The notes below the pieces were generated by a model, which made no database searches, had not been told where the DNA came from, and saw nothing but the letters and a program-made list of their open reading frames with translations. Positions 1 to 13,024 of a stretch of DNA of 64,000 nt are shown here, in pieces. Source of the stretch: Squalus acanthias (lineage: Eukaryota); assembly GCA_030390025.1 (NCBI GenBank), contig CM059432.1, positions 31,188,001 through 31,252,000 on the forward strand, in the 5' to 3' direction. Within the stretch, counting starts at the first letter, position 1. Each line of letters opens with the position of its first letter. Both the position numbers and the translations under genes were made by a program.

Positions 1-190
1 CTTTAAGGAAACCGGCTGATGACGCATCATCAAATGATGTCACCAGACCCGCTTCCTTCGCTTGGCCGGCAAACACGCTGGGTGGGCTTAACAAGTCCAA
101 TCAACGTAAAATCATTCTACAGAGTGGGCTGAGCCAGCAGTGGGGTCGGGACCCTCCAACGACGTCGCCCGCCACGGACTCAAAAGTAGA
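1..190. mobile_element. Fragment of a GC-rich MITE-like DNA element related to 44890-45734
   Basis: cgctgggtgggcttaacaagtccaatcaacgtaaaat resembles cgctgggcgggctcaacaaggtcaatcaagtgaaaat at ~45605; truncated by the window edge. Confidence 0.4.
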
Positions 191-1922
191 AAAGTGTTTA
201 ATTTTCCATCAGTGTCACCCTTCACATTAATAATAAAATGTAACACAAAATGTCACCAAAATTCACATCAAAAAAGCAAAGGACAAGCAATTGTGTTTGC
301 TTCTGCTGTTCCTTTTAAGGAGATAGTATATTGTCATTTTCATCACCTGCTATCTTCATATCTACCTACCTTCATAAAGTAACCCACTAATTTTGAGGTA
401 AGGATAGAGAGCTTTCTGGTACTTATTCCTTTACCTATTGACTATAAGAGGAAAAAACAATTTGGAGCAAGAAGTACAAGAACGTCAGAATATCCCGAGT
501 GAGAAAAGGCCTTTTACCAGATCAAGCTCACTCCATCTGGAGTCCACGTAAGGTTATTCTATCTTTGAACTAACACCCGCATCAACTGTTGATCCCCTAC
601 TTTAAGGAAGATTAAGTTTCTTCTTCTACCTCTACTAAAAAAATCCAGCAGTATTATTAAAACCTCTATGACCTTCAATCCTGCTCAACAGATATCAAGG
701 GACCCACTGGTGTATCACACCTTTTTAAAGGGGTGATTCCAATGATATCCTGGTAGTCTTTTCCACATATCTACTGTCTTATGGAGCAAATAGGGTTTTT
801 CCTACTCTCTAACCTTGATTGAAGCTTGTGAATGTTGTACTTGCATCCTCTATTCCTTTTATCATTGTTTAGGATACTCTTTTACTGCTACCTTTTGTCC
901 TGAAGCTGTATAATCAATCTAGCACACTGGTTCCAAACCAATATTTCACATTAGCCAGTGTTCTGCACCAATGGTTTATACAGTCTAGAAAGCATCTTAT
1001 CCTGACCTAAATAGAGTATTGTGATGGTTAGAGGAACATTAACTATGTATGCGGTCATTGACGTGTTGCTAGCTTAAGTATCTGAGCAAATGTAATGTAT
1101 TTTTATTTCTATTAGCTACTAGATCGAGTAATGAGTGTAAAGACCACAAATTGACCATAATTGCTTTACCAGGCTGAAAGAACATATATGGTTCTTATTG
1201 TGAATTTATTGGGGTAAATTTTGGTCCGTGGTCCATTTTTGGACCCAGACTCGGCGATTCGCAACCAGCGCACACCCGAACCGACAGACCCAAGGATCAA
1301 TGGAAACTAATCCTGAGGTCTCATGAGCAGACTCGAAGAGGTGCTGGTCATGCCTCCACAGGCAGCTCGCCTGATTAAAGAGATCAATGTCAGGCCACCT
1401 GCCTCAACGGCAGTGTCCCTCAGGTAAGTGCCGGAGGGGAGATTGGAGCTGACTACAGGTGGGGTGGATCGTGACATCTTGGGAGACGGGGAACATTCCT
1501 GCTCCTCCCGCTCCAGAGTAACTTTTTTTTTGAAAGGAAAAATTGAGCTTACCACTTGTGGTGGGATGGGCCTGACGCCTGCTCCTCCCACTAATGTCTG
1601 GATGGGGTCTCTCAGCAGACATTCGGCCCTTAATTTACATACTTAAGTTTCCTAATACCTGTTTTAGGTGTCTTCCTAGGATGCCTAAAAAAAGGACCCA
1701 ACAAATTTAGCAGTGGAATCAACGCCTGCGCAGTTGAGGCAGAGGCTGTCCCACCGTTGATTTGGTATTCTTTGCACCCGTGGTCTATGTTGTGGATCCA
1801 TGCATACTAGGAATTGGAATAAGACTGCCCAAACTCATTTCACACTAGATCCTTTTGAGCTAATCATGGGACCGATTTTGGTCTTGTTCTCACCTCTTTT
1901 ACCAAAGAGAATGGGGTGATAC

Positions 1923-2915
1923 CACAACAACAACAACAACAACTTGCATTTATATAGCACCTTTGATGTAGTAAAAGCGTCTCAAGCCACTTCACAGAAG
2001 CATTATCAGACAAAATTTGACACCGAGCCACATAAAGAGATATTAGGACAGGTGCCCAGAAAACTTAGTCAAAGAGGTAAGTTTTAAGGAGTGACTTAAA
2101 GGAGGAGAGAGAGGTTAAACAAATATTTTGTGTCTGTCTTCACAGTAGAAGACACAAAAAAATACCAGAAATAGTGGGGAACCAAGGGTTTATGAGAGTG
2201 AGGAACTTAAAGTAATTAATATTAGTAAAGAAAAAGTCCGTTAGAAATTATTAGGACTAAAAGCCGACAAATCCCCTGGACCTGATGGCCTACATCCTAG
2301 GGTTCTAAAAGAAGTGGCTGCAGAGATAGTGGATGAATTGGTTGTGATCTTCCAAAATTCCCTAGATTCTGGAACGGTCCCAGTGGATTGGAAGGTAGCA
2401 AATGTAACACCGCTACTCAAGAAAGGAAGGAGAGAGAAAACAGAGAACTGCAGACCAGTTAGCCTGACAACAGTCATCGGGAAAATGCTGGAATCCATTA
2501 TTAAGGAAATGGTAACAGGTTACTTAGAAAATCATATGATTAGGCAGAGTCAACATGGTTTTCTTAAAGGTAAACCGTGTTTGACAAATTTAGTAGAGTT
2601 TTTTGAGGATGTAACTAGCAGGGTAGATAAAGGGGAACCAGTGGATGTAGTATATTTGGATTTCCAAAAGGCATTCGATAAGGTGCCACATAAAAGGTTA
2701 CTGCACAAGATAAGAGTGCAAGGGGTTGGGGGTAATATATTGGCATGGATAGGAGTTGAGGTCGAATATTAGCTATGATCTATTGAATGGCAGAGCAGGC
2801 TCGAGGGGTCGTATGGCCTCCACCTGCTCCTCTTATGTTCTTTTGTTCTTATGAGAGGCGTAGAGGTTTAGGGAGGAAGTTTCAGAACTTAGGGCCGAGA
2901 TGGCTGAAGGCAGAG
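1923..2915 (-). mobile_element. L2-type LINE/SINE 3' end with (CAA)n tail, interrupted by CR1 2115-2852
   Basis: aacttgcatttatatagc tail; the sequence resumes after the CR1 at a duplicated GAGAGG. Confidence 0.55.
2115..2852 (+). mobile_element. CR1/HER1 LINE fragment (RT N-terminal part joined to 3' UTR, internally deleted)
   Basis: ORF 2314-2772 with DWKVANVTP, RPVSLT, CLTNL and YLDFQKAFDKVPH; (TTATGTTC)n tail; TSD GAGAGG at 2109-2114 and 2853-2858. Confidence 0.85.
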
Positions 2916-4071
2916 ACCAAAATCACTGAGCAGTACTCAATGCCCTGTTCCTGCTGACATCTGGCCCGCCATGATTTTAGAGTGGGCTATGAATTAGTCA
3001 CCCAGCACTCCCGCCTGAAAAAGGCAGGATCCTCATTAATCTATGCAAATTTGGGTCCTTTGCAGGGCATTTTAGTGATGCAATTTTGGCATTCCAACGG
3101 GCGGTATTTGTGCTGCGCAAATCCCAACCAGCAGAACTGAACATAGAGCAGCCCAACTATTGATCCTTAAAGGCTTCAACGTAGGATCCTAGGAATTGCC
3201 AGATGACAAAGGACCAAGGTCCATCTGGTTCGCCTTCCACCATCCTGGTAGTGGCATGATACAATGATAATGGAGTCATTGATTAATCATAGCAATCAAT
3301 CTCTATTAATTAGTCTACAACAGACCCAGACATGATGTGAGGAAAACCCCTGTGGTGGAGAGCTTCAGGAACCATAGGTCCAAAGTCACCTGTTCCTCCC
3401 AAAGTTCTTTTTATCAATCTTTGTGGAGCCAAGAACAGCTTTAATGCTCCTCCTAGTCTCACCCGTTGCTGTACTCTCCAAAATCTCCCCTCACCATCAG
3501 CTGACCCCCCTTTAATTAAATAATGCCAGCTTGGCTCCGCAGAAGGGCGCTGGTTTCTAATCCCCCCCCGCCAAACACGGGATGAGCTGCTTGTTAGAAG
3601 CCGAAATACATGGGCAGCTCGCTGAGAATATTTTAATGAAGCCTTGACCATCAAAGTGGTTCAGGCCTCCAACGCAATTCATCGGGCAAGTGGTGGGCTC
3701 ACTCCACCCGACGAATGGGATCACATAACAAACGAACTCTACGTTTGTAGTGACTGTGGTGAAGTTAACAGGCTCACCAAGCCCAGTCACCAGACATCAT
3801 GGAGGGCACATTGAGATAAGATGACAAGGATGGAGAGATGGAAAATTCACGTGGAAAAAACTCAGGGGTCAATTTTACAATTTAGCTTTCCTGGCATAGA
3901 GCTTTGCACAGACTGAAAATCATGCAGGTTGTGCATTATGTGCATTGATCTCTGCACCCATTGCACAAAGCTGTGTTACGAGCACTAAATCGTAAAAGTT
4001 CCTTTAAGTATCTAGTAGCAAAACTGTCAAGATGTGCCAACGTGCAGATTAAATTGTCCATTTGCTTTCAG

Positions 4072-4212
4072 GTACGTTCTGCTGCAAGAAAGAGGTGGCA
4101 TCGATGGCAAGACAACCATGCTCTCAGAGTACGAGTTGCACGGGCTATGTCCATACCAACCTCACCTACAAGAATCAGCTTTCACAGCATAAAACAGACA
4201 ACAGGTGTCTGA
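4072..4212 (+). CDS. CRHR2: Final coding exon of corticotropin-releasing hormone receptor 2 (class B GPCR helix 8 and C-tail)
   Basis: Acceptor tttgctttcag at 4061-4071, then [50 protein letters not shown]. This matches CRH receptor C-termini; LRV, RISFH and KQT favour CRHR2 over CRHR1 (IRA, RVSFH, KQS). Upstream exons are not in the window. Confidence 0.92.
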   Translation, partial: VRSAARKRWHRWQDNHALRVRVARAMSIPTSPTRISFHSIKQTTGV

Positions 4213-5480
4213 CTCTACGAGACTGAGCAGCCCTTTTTTTTGAGTTTTTCACTCCGTTTTCCTTCAACACTGAGGTTATTTGTTTGTTTGTGGATTGCTG
4301 TGCACATTTAAAACACGCGACGGTGAACAAGAGAAGCCGAAAGTGCAAGACTCACCACTTGGAAACGAAGCTGGGGACTAGGAGTGGAGCACACTGTAAT
4401 TTTCCTTTCAGCATGCAGCACAGAAATGACAAAGCAGGGAGCGTGAGGCTGCATTAATATCAATCCTGTGGTGACTGAGATGCTTTTTGCAGCTCACTTA
4501 ACTATTTCCATAGTCCAGTTCCGACTTAGGGGATGTCACAATCTCAGGGCAAGAATGAAGGCTATCTCAAAGTTTTATCCTTTCGGCTTTCATCTTGTAT
4601 CACCGATCTCTCGTATTTCCCACTGAAAATTGACCTTGAATTGTCACCTCAGAATCTATAGAATAAGGAGGAGGCAGAAGAAAACAAATCTTGGCTTCTG
4701 AATTCACCAAGAAGAATCCTCAAGGTTTAAAACATTAATCCAGTGTCACTGAAAGAAGCTTTGAAGGAATGAAGATCTGTTCCAACCCCCACGCCATACA
4801 ACAAATCCTATCTCAGCTGTCTGCTGGATGTAGCAATCCCCCTGTGTAAAAAGAACACCTAATCTGTCAAATGACATGCGTCCAGCAGTGAAATGAGACA
4901 AAACCCTGTCTGTGGTACCAACAGGGCTAAACGAATTTGGTGTTAAATCACTGGTCCAGAACTAGGAGAAATGAAAAATAGATGGGTCATTGGGTTCCTT
5001 GAACCAAGAAGGAGCAGACTGTGCATCACATATGCAGTGCTAACTACAACATGTTTTGCTCAAAACAATAGTACTGCAAGAAGACAATTTCTAATCTATC
5101 TGATGGGTTTTATTTTGATGAATAGTGAAATATCATATACCATGGTTGGTTAATTATCAGTTGACCTACTTGAGTCAGTATTTGGAACTGATCTGTTGAT
5201 ATCTCTGTACGTTCCAAGACAAAGGATCACTAGATTCTTCTAGCCCTGGAACACCCATCTCGAACCCATTTTTCACAGCAGGTGGCCTGCCCACAATGAT
5301 CAACTGTACTAAACTGATCCACAATCTGCGTACTGAATGTTGAGGCCTAGCCAAAATGATCAGACCCTGGTTACCAGCAGCTTGAAAGACGAATGAAGTG
5401 ACCACACCACAGTCTGGCAGCTAACAAGATACAGAAAAATATAAGAATCACCTGGGAATAAAGACTACCTGCTGTACCGC
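4213..5480 (+). other. CRHR2: Probable CRHR2 3' UTR (end uncertain)
   Basis: No recognisable repeats directly after the stop codon; AATAAA at 5457-5462. Confidence 0.45.
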
Positions 5481-6119
5481 CATTCCCCAAACAAAGTGAC
5501 TATTACAGAGGCGGTTCACGCCTTATCAAAACATCTTGTAACGTGAGCTTCGGTTTCTCATTTGCAGTTTAGTGTCATTTCCTCTTTGGGTGAAGTATCT
5601 AACCCCAAACAGTTAGGCAGCGCTACATGTTAAAAGTGGCTTGTTATATATAATGTTAATAATTGTAACAATATCTACCCCCCCAAAAAAAATGTCAGGA
5701 TATTTAGGCAGCGTTCTCTTATATTTATAGCATATTTTCATGAAGCATTGATGGGTATTGGAAAGGTTAACACTGAGTGCACTATGATCCTGGCACGTTA
5801 GGGATTTACATGCTCCACCGCCCACCTACACTTTACAAATCTAGTGATCCACATGGAAATCAGCCAATTCCTATTGAGGCTAATTTAAATGACTGAGTGT
5901 GACTTTAAAAACTGCAAACACTCTCGCCCTGCATCCTGACCATGTTCAAATTAGGACTCATCACCCTGTCTCCTATTCTAACTTTCTTTCACAGGATGTC
6001 AAGTTGTGAACCTCCTCTCACTCAGCCTTTCCTTTCTTCTCCAATCTACACACAAATTAAAAACTTAAGTGTGAGATTTCTTGTTCACTACTTTTAATTG
6101 TCATCTCTTACGATCGTTT

Positions 6120-6330
6120 TCTGTTCCGGCCAACATTTCTCCCATAATCAGTCCACCAAAAACAGATCAATTGATCACTCATCTAATTTGCTGTTTGTGG
6201 GATCTTGCTGTGCACAAACAGATACCACGCTTGCTTACATAACGGTTCAAAATAATTAATTGGACCTGAAGCCCTTTGCGATGTCCTGAGGATCTGACGA
6301 GGAACTATATAAATGCAAGGTCTTCCTTTG
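6120..6330 (+). mobile_element. Old DeuSINE/SacSINE1-like 3' fragment
   Basis: gctgtttgtgggatcttgctgtgcacaaa and ctatataaatgcaag tail as in 13232-13642. Confidence 0.55.
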
Positions 6331-6685
6331 CCGTTGTCTGGCACTATGGGCCTTCACCTAGGTTTCTCAAGTAAAAGAAAGACAAACTCTGTTTGACTGG
6401 GCAGTTAAACCAAATGCTTTATAGTGGCAGAATGTCATGAGTCCATACCTGGGGGGCATCGAAGGAAGAGAACAGTTTCCTGGGATGTTTGACCTTCCTC
6501 TCCATTCCAAAAGAAATTACAAGGTCATGTTTGATGATGTTCTGTATGATGGGCTGTCAGCCCTTCACCAAGATTTCCCCTAACATCATCACTGTAGATA
6601 ACTGAGTGCTATAGAAACACAATGACAATGTAAAAGGCAATCCCATCTTCATCACCCAAAGTAAAGTCATGAACATATTATATAT

Positions 6686-7000
6686 TACATAGAATTTACA
6701 GCATAGAAACAGGCCATTTGACCCAACTCTGGTCCATGCCAGTGTTTATACTCCATATGAGCCTTCTCTCACCCTGCTTCATCTCACCCGATCATCATAT
6801 CCTTCTATTCCTTTCTCCCTCATATGCTTATCTAGCTTCTCCTTAAATGCTTCTATGCTATTCGCTTCAACTACTCCATGTGGTAGTGAGTTCCAGATTG
6901 TCACCACTCTTTAAGTAAACAGGTTTCTCCTGAATTTATTATTGGATTTATGAATGACTATCTTATATTTATGGACCCTCATTTTGGACACCCCCACAAC
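6686..7000 (-). mobile_element. CR1 3' end fragment
   Basis: acatagaatttacagcatagaaacaggcc tail and CR1 3' ORF2 remnant on the minus strand. Confidence 0.6.
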
Positions 7001-7537
7001 ACTGGAGGAATAAACTTACATAACGGTTCAAATAATGAATAAAAGCCAGGGAATGCTGTTAATAGCTGCTTAGAAAGATCCTGTTGAAAGGTCCATACAG
7101 TTTCATGTTGCCTTTATGAACATTTGAAAGGCTGGAATTGAACATTTTGGACTGTGTGTAACCTAGATGTGTTGTCGGTAAGAAATATCCAAACTGCAGC
7201 TTATAGGCCACATGTGACCTCGGGTCATGATCATCTGACCCTCAAAACCCAGGAAACTCAGTCCTATTTGTGTTTATATTTTGTAATTGGTGATTTGCCC
7301 TGTTTGAATTTTGTGGACCTAGAGGGCTGTTCCAAGCACTGGATAAATAGGTGGATGAATCTCAAATCATAACATCAAGATCTGTTAGCATCATAGATTT
7401 TTATTAGGTAAGGGTATCAAGGGATATGGAGCAAAGGCGAATAAATGGAGTTGAGGTACAGGTCAGCCATGATCTATTAGAAGGACGTAACACGCTTGAG
7501 GGGCTGAATGGCTTACTCCTGTGTTTCTAAATTATAT

Positions 7538-7716
7538 GGCTTAGAAATTCGTCTCGGGCAGTGGTGCAAAACAGGCGTTATCGGATTGGCCGCCTGTTAT
7601 ATGAAACGCCTGATATTCAGTTCCATTGTGGAATTGAGTATCAGGTGCTGCGTATAACGGGCGGCCGATCCGATACCACCCGTTTTGCGCCACCGCTCGA
7701 GATGAATTTCTAGGCC
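7538..7716. mobile_element. 179-bp fully palindromic Harbinger-type MITE
   Basis: Ends GGCTTAGAAATTCG and TGAATTTCTAGGCC; arms complementary to the centre; 3-bp TSD TAT/TAT. Confidence 0.85.
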
Positions 7717-8329
7717 TATGTTTCTCTGCAAAAGATTAGAAAAATATTTAATTATATGGAATTGAACAGATTGTGACTGTTTTTTAAATAGAATATAAAT
7801 AGGCTCAAAATAAATCCTAAAAAGAAGAAAGGATTCATACAAATGGTTTGATCTCAAAGAAAATATATGCATAAAAAATCAAAAGAAAGAACCTTGAGTG
7901 AAGGTTGAATTGTTTGACAGTGTTATTGGAGTACCAGGATGTTTTCCATCACACTCCAACCTGTGTTATTCAATATAATCCCCTCCTTTCTTAAAATAAC
8001 CTCCTTGTTGACCCAAGCTAGGGTATGGTACCACTGGTTCAGTTGCCATCCAAGTGGACAAAATCATGAGTGTCAGCAGACTATTTACACATAGGGGTCA
8101 TCACAGTCCAACATGGGCCTATTCTCACCCAACAAGTACACTTTCCAGCAGAAGCGACTGGAAAATGGCCATGAATTTTAATAGGTTTTTCAAGATGGCA
8201 TTTGGACAAGAGGTCACTCACTCACATGACATATTAGCAAAGTGCCCTCGTCAGCAGTGATAATCTTGAATTAAAATCTATGACTCGTACTGAGTACCTC
8301 ACCTAAGTGACTGTTCTTCATCTGACAGA

Positions 8330-8620
8330 ATAGACAGTAAATGTTGATGGCTATTTAACTATGGGAAGCATCACAGCTAAGCCAAATTCTATTCCATTAC
8401 ATATGTGCACTTTCCAGTAGGAATCTTTGGACAGTGATCGGGAACATGGCTGATTTTAACTCATCCAAAAGGTTTTGAGGCCAATTGTAGTACCCCAGGG
8501 CCTAGCTAAGATCAGCTAATTCAACACACACCAGGAATTGGACTTGGGACTTTCCTGGTCCAGATGGCTTAATTATACATGGTCAATGGCAATACATATA
8601 CCAACTGAGCCATTAAGGAT
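8330..8620 (-). mobile_element. Old tRNA-derived SINE, AmnSINE2-like
   Basis: gaggccaattgtag, gatcagctaattcaacac and cttcctggtc motifs shared with 24230-24550 and 61790-61940. Confidence 0.5.
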
Positions 8621-9229
8621 TACTCCATTCTAAAATCATTCCTTGTGCTGCAGATTTGCTTTGGAATTACACTGAGCAATGTAGATTTTAATACTGCTTT
8701 ATGAATGTCTATCTCCATTCATGTTTTATGGTTTTTCCAACTGATTTGCTTCCAATGGCTCTTACTGATCAATTCTTATACTGCCGGTTATTTCAGTCTG
8801 GATACTTAATCTATTATTTACATATATAGCTGTCTAATGGGATGGTGGAGTGCAGAATACTACCCACATACTGTGATATTGCAGCAGGTGTTCATAATCC
8901 ACAATCAGATACCCGGAGAGTAAAGTGTTAATGCAGAAGGATGGTATATATGGTCTGGGATTCTGAGTTTATCACAGCATGTATGGAGTAACATAATCCA
9001 GGCAGGAACATTCACTATCTGAAATAATGGAGTGCCTGGATAATTCTATGAAGCTGACCAGCTAAATGTCAAATGTATTAGGCATGGAATTTAGTGTTTC
9101 CATGTACCGTTAAAGCCATCACCAACCATCAGGTCAAGTTTACAGCGGAACATAGGAGCAGGAGCAGGCCATTTAACCCCTCGAGCCAATTAAAAAATTA
9201 TTTTCTCATTCTAAATAGCATTTCTGCGT

Positions 9230-10215
9230 CATCGTTCATCCTTCGATATCAAAGAAGACAGCCAGAAGATCATCTCATTTTTAGCAGTGAGTCCTCTGAT
9301 GACTGATAAGACCTATTTTTGCTCGGAACGAGCGTGCACAGATTGAACAGTGGCTCCCGGATACACCAGGTTGGGAATCTTGATTTTTCAGCTGAGACTT
9401 CCTCAGCTGGCATTTTCATTCAACATCAGCAATGCAACAGGTCTCATAGTAGGAGGTACCTCCATGGATGGGTTTTTGCTATGCTTTCTTATCTTGAGCA
9501 AGTTGTTCCCACTTATGGATGTCTATTTTGCACTGTTTCAGACGCGCTTTTACATAGGAACAGGAGTAGGCCATTCAGCCACGCAAGCCACTCCAACAAT
9601 TAGATCATGGTTGATCTGTACTTCAATTCCATTTGCCCACCTTATCTCCACTGCTTTTAAGCTGTATTTATATCTCTTTTGCTGACCACCACAAAATCGT
9701 TTTTCAATTGTATATGCGCCATAAAAGATCATCTTCGGAATTCGTTCATCAGATGTTCCCGTCACATGATCAGAACATCCATGCTTGGCATGTCAGTTTT
9801 TTGAAGAACTTCGGTGTCAGGGATTTTGTCTTGCCGTCTGATCATCATTAATCATCTCAGGCAGCTGAGGTGAAAGTGGTTAAGTTTCTTAATGTGGCGT
9901 GAATATGTTGTCCGAGTTTCACATGCATAGAGCAGGGTCATCAGAATGGCAGCCCTGTATGTTTTGAGCTTGGTCTGCAGGCTGATGCCTCTCTTGTCAC
10001 AAAGGTGCTCATGGAACTAAGCTGTCTTTGGCGATTCTACAGGATGCTTCTGTATCATTATGGACCTCTCTAGACAGGGTGCTTCCCAGATAGGTGAATC
10101 TGCCCACAGGCTGAAGCATGTGATCACCGATAATGATGATTGGTGAAGTGTAATCCTTGCCTGGGGCTGGATGGAAGAGTACTAATGAGTACTCGCCTGT
10201 CCAAAACAGGAACAC
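9230..10215 (-). mobile_element. Degenerate RTE-clade LINE 3' portion
   Basis: Remnants FTYLGSTLS, RIPKMIFYG...GGQQKRYKYSLK and CSICARSFRAKIGLISHQRTH. Confidence 0.75.
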
Positions 10216-10437
10216 CTTCCCATATGTAATACAAACCTTGTATCATGCTCTGGGTTTCTACAAAGTTCCACATTTTTGGAAGCGGTGGGGGGTGGGGGTT
10301 GTCTTGCTAAAAGAAAATTTGAGGCATAAAACTACACCAGGGTTCATGGCTATGCATATTCAATGCAGCAACAGTCATCGTTTCAGAGGTGTGACCTAGG
10401 CTTCTGGAACTGCTTAGAAATCTGATTAGAAGAGTTT

Positions 10438-10790
10438 GGGTGGCACAGTTGGTTAACACAATAGTACTTGGCTCCGAGTCCAATCCAGAATGATGAGTCA
10501 AAAGCCTTCTCCTTGTCAGCTGCAAGGGCTATTTGTGAAGCAAATTTGGACAACCCGCACCAAATTTCTAATGATAGGAACACAAAGCATTTCGCAATTC
10601 GACACAAACTGGTACTCTTGCTTATTGCAGTCTACTGTAGGAAATGGCACAATTCACTGGGTTCGATTGTTCTTCTGACTTTGGGATTTAGCTTTATTTT
10701 GGGGACAGAGTAGAAAGACCATTCCTATACATATGGCCATAGTGTACCTGACCAGAGAGTGACTGATGCTGACACCAGGTGTAAAATAAA
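10438..10790 (+). mobile_element. Old tRNA-derived SINE, LF-SINE-like
   Basis: A-box-like gtggcacagttgg start and a body resembling the LF-SINE layout; highly decayed. Confidence 0.3.
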
Positions 10791-11363
10791 GTGGGAAGAT
10801 GTTTCATTCACCAGCACTAAACCTTACAAGCACAAACATTCACCCCCAAAAATTGGAAATAAAAAAAAAACAGGTTTAACAGACTTTCTCAATGTCTCTG
10901 GTGTTGGGTAACCCTGACTTGGTTTCTTATCTTGTAAAACACCTTTTATCAAATGGAAAAAGATCATTTGAACCTCAAGGCAGTACTTTCATCAAACCAT
11001 GTACAATTCATGTATTATGGACCCTACCTTACCCAGTTAATCTCCTGAAGGAAATTCCTACATTAAGCATCCCTGATGCCCAAGATAATCAAGTTCAATT
11101 TCACAATATTCATCCCCCCCCCCCCAACTCATACCTTCACCATTCAAATCAGCCTTTTGGTGTTCAATCCTGACCAAATAACACAGGACTCATTACATCC
11201 CATGGAGCATTTCATCATCTCAGTCTATACTTATCCCTAGTACCACCAATAACATTCCCGAGATATTTATCCAGATCCTTTTTGAAGGAGTTAGCAACAC
11301 AACCTCAATTGCTTTTTGCTGAGAGTCCCGTTACACAAAGCTGCTACTTTGTGGAAAAACAAA

Positions 11364-11506
11364 GGCCAGAAATTTCCTCGGAGCCACTCCTGCTCTCCCA
11401 CTGTCTTTGCCAGAAAGCCCATTTGCACGTGAAAGCGGGGTTTCTGCCCCACTTTCAGCGCAGTTACGGCGACGGAGCAGGGGCGGCTCCGAGGACATTC
11501 CCAGCC
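11364..11506. mobile_element. 143-bp hairpin MITE inserted in a CR1 remnant
   Basis: ggccagaaatttcctcggagccactcctgctc pairs with gagcaggggcggctccgaggacattcccagcc. Confidence 0.7.
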
Positions 11507-12477
11507 ACAGTTTCTTCTAACCTTGCTTATTTTAACCTGTGTCCTCCAGTTCTATGTTGACAGTCGAAGTCAAATTATTCAATGCAATTGTGTTTTCGAG
11601 AGACATGACTCATGTAAGCCACTTTGTTGTGTAATTTTGACTTTGCCCTTATTACATGTGATCAGAAAGACAGAAGAATGGAGGTCTCTCATGAGACAGA
11701 TATATATTTTTGATTGTAATATATGTGCAAAATCTATATGTGAATCATATAAAAGTATAAAGTATTTAAAAATTTCATAATGGAAAGATTTGAATATTCT
11801 TTATAGAGCAAACAAGTGTGGAGATGTTTTTAAATTACCAGTTCAAATTGCACTGTGCGATATTAGTGATTTGTTGTAATAGGCGAGTAAAGAAATTTCA
11901 TACAATTAACTCATGTTGTACAGCATGATTTGAACCCATTTGTATCAGATTAATCCTCATATTTGTTTCCAAGGAGTTTCTTTTTGGCCAATTTTCTATA
12001 TTTCCCTGCTTTTGCATCAGGCAGAATGGAAAATGGTTGCCTCAGATAAGTGATCTGTTAAAGGTTTCTCAGCAGGGATTATTTCACTCAGACATTAATA
12101 AAACATCTTATATATTACCCACTGTAGAATATTCAAAAAGTAGGAGAGGGAATAACAAGTCTAATAGTAAAAAAGACGGAAGTTTAAAAGGTAAATGTGT
12201 GTGTTTCACTGCTCTTGGTTGTCAGGAGAAAAAAAGATGGTGGAGGTAAGCTGTTAAATAGCAGCAAAGGCGGGGTTGCTATGACAGCAACAGGTGTAAT
12301 GGTTTAGGTGTTGACAAAAACTACTAAGCTGTTGCCAAGGGAGTTCCAGACAGGTGAGTGTCACTAAATGATCACAGAAAGTACTAGAGGTACACAACAG
12401 GTCTATCAGCATCTGAGAAGAGAGAAAATAGCTTTGCATTTCAGGTAGAGACCCTCATTTGGAACTGGAAAGAAAGA

Positions 12478-12885
12478 AACATAGAACAAGAGGTGACCAA
12501 TCAGCCCTTTGAGCCTGCTGCCCCATTCAATTACATCATAGCTGATCTGTACCTCAGCTCCATTTACCAACCTTAACTCCATATCACTTGATACCCTTAG
12601 CTAACAAAAGTCCATCGATCCGCAATTATCCCAGCATCCATAGCCTTTTTGGGGCGAGAATTCCAGATTTAAATTAATCTTTGTGTAAAAAAGTACTTCC
12701 TTATTTCACTCCTAAATGGCCCAGCTCTAATTTTAAGATTATGATCCCTCGTTCCCAATTCCACCACCAGAGTAAAGAGTTTCTCTGTATCTAACCTATC
12801 GAATCCTTTTAACATTTTAAAAACCGCGATCAGCTCACCCCTCAATCTCCCATACTCAAGGGAATACAAGCTAAGTTTATACAAC
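12478..12885 (-). mobile_element. CR1 3' fragment
   Basis: LYSLEYGRLRGELIAVFKMLKG...FFTQR in ORF 12669-13088; tail at the left end. Confidence 0.8.
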
Positions 12886-13024
12886 TTAAAAGGTGGGTAA
12901 ATGTAGTGGTTATGATACTGGCCTAGTAATGCAGAAGGCTGGACTAATAGTCCAGACAGTGTGGGTTTAAATCCCACTGTCACAGTTTGAGAATTTGCAT
13001 TCATTTTTTTTTTAAAGTTGGTAT

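Noticed and set aside
3961..4071. N-terminal part of the 83-aa ORF 3961-4212
   Set aside because: Intronic read-through; CRH receptor similarity begins only after the acceptor at 4071
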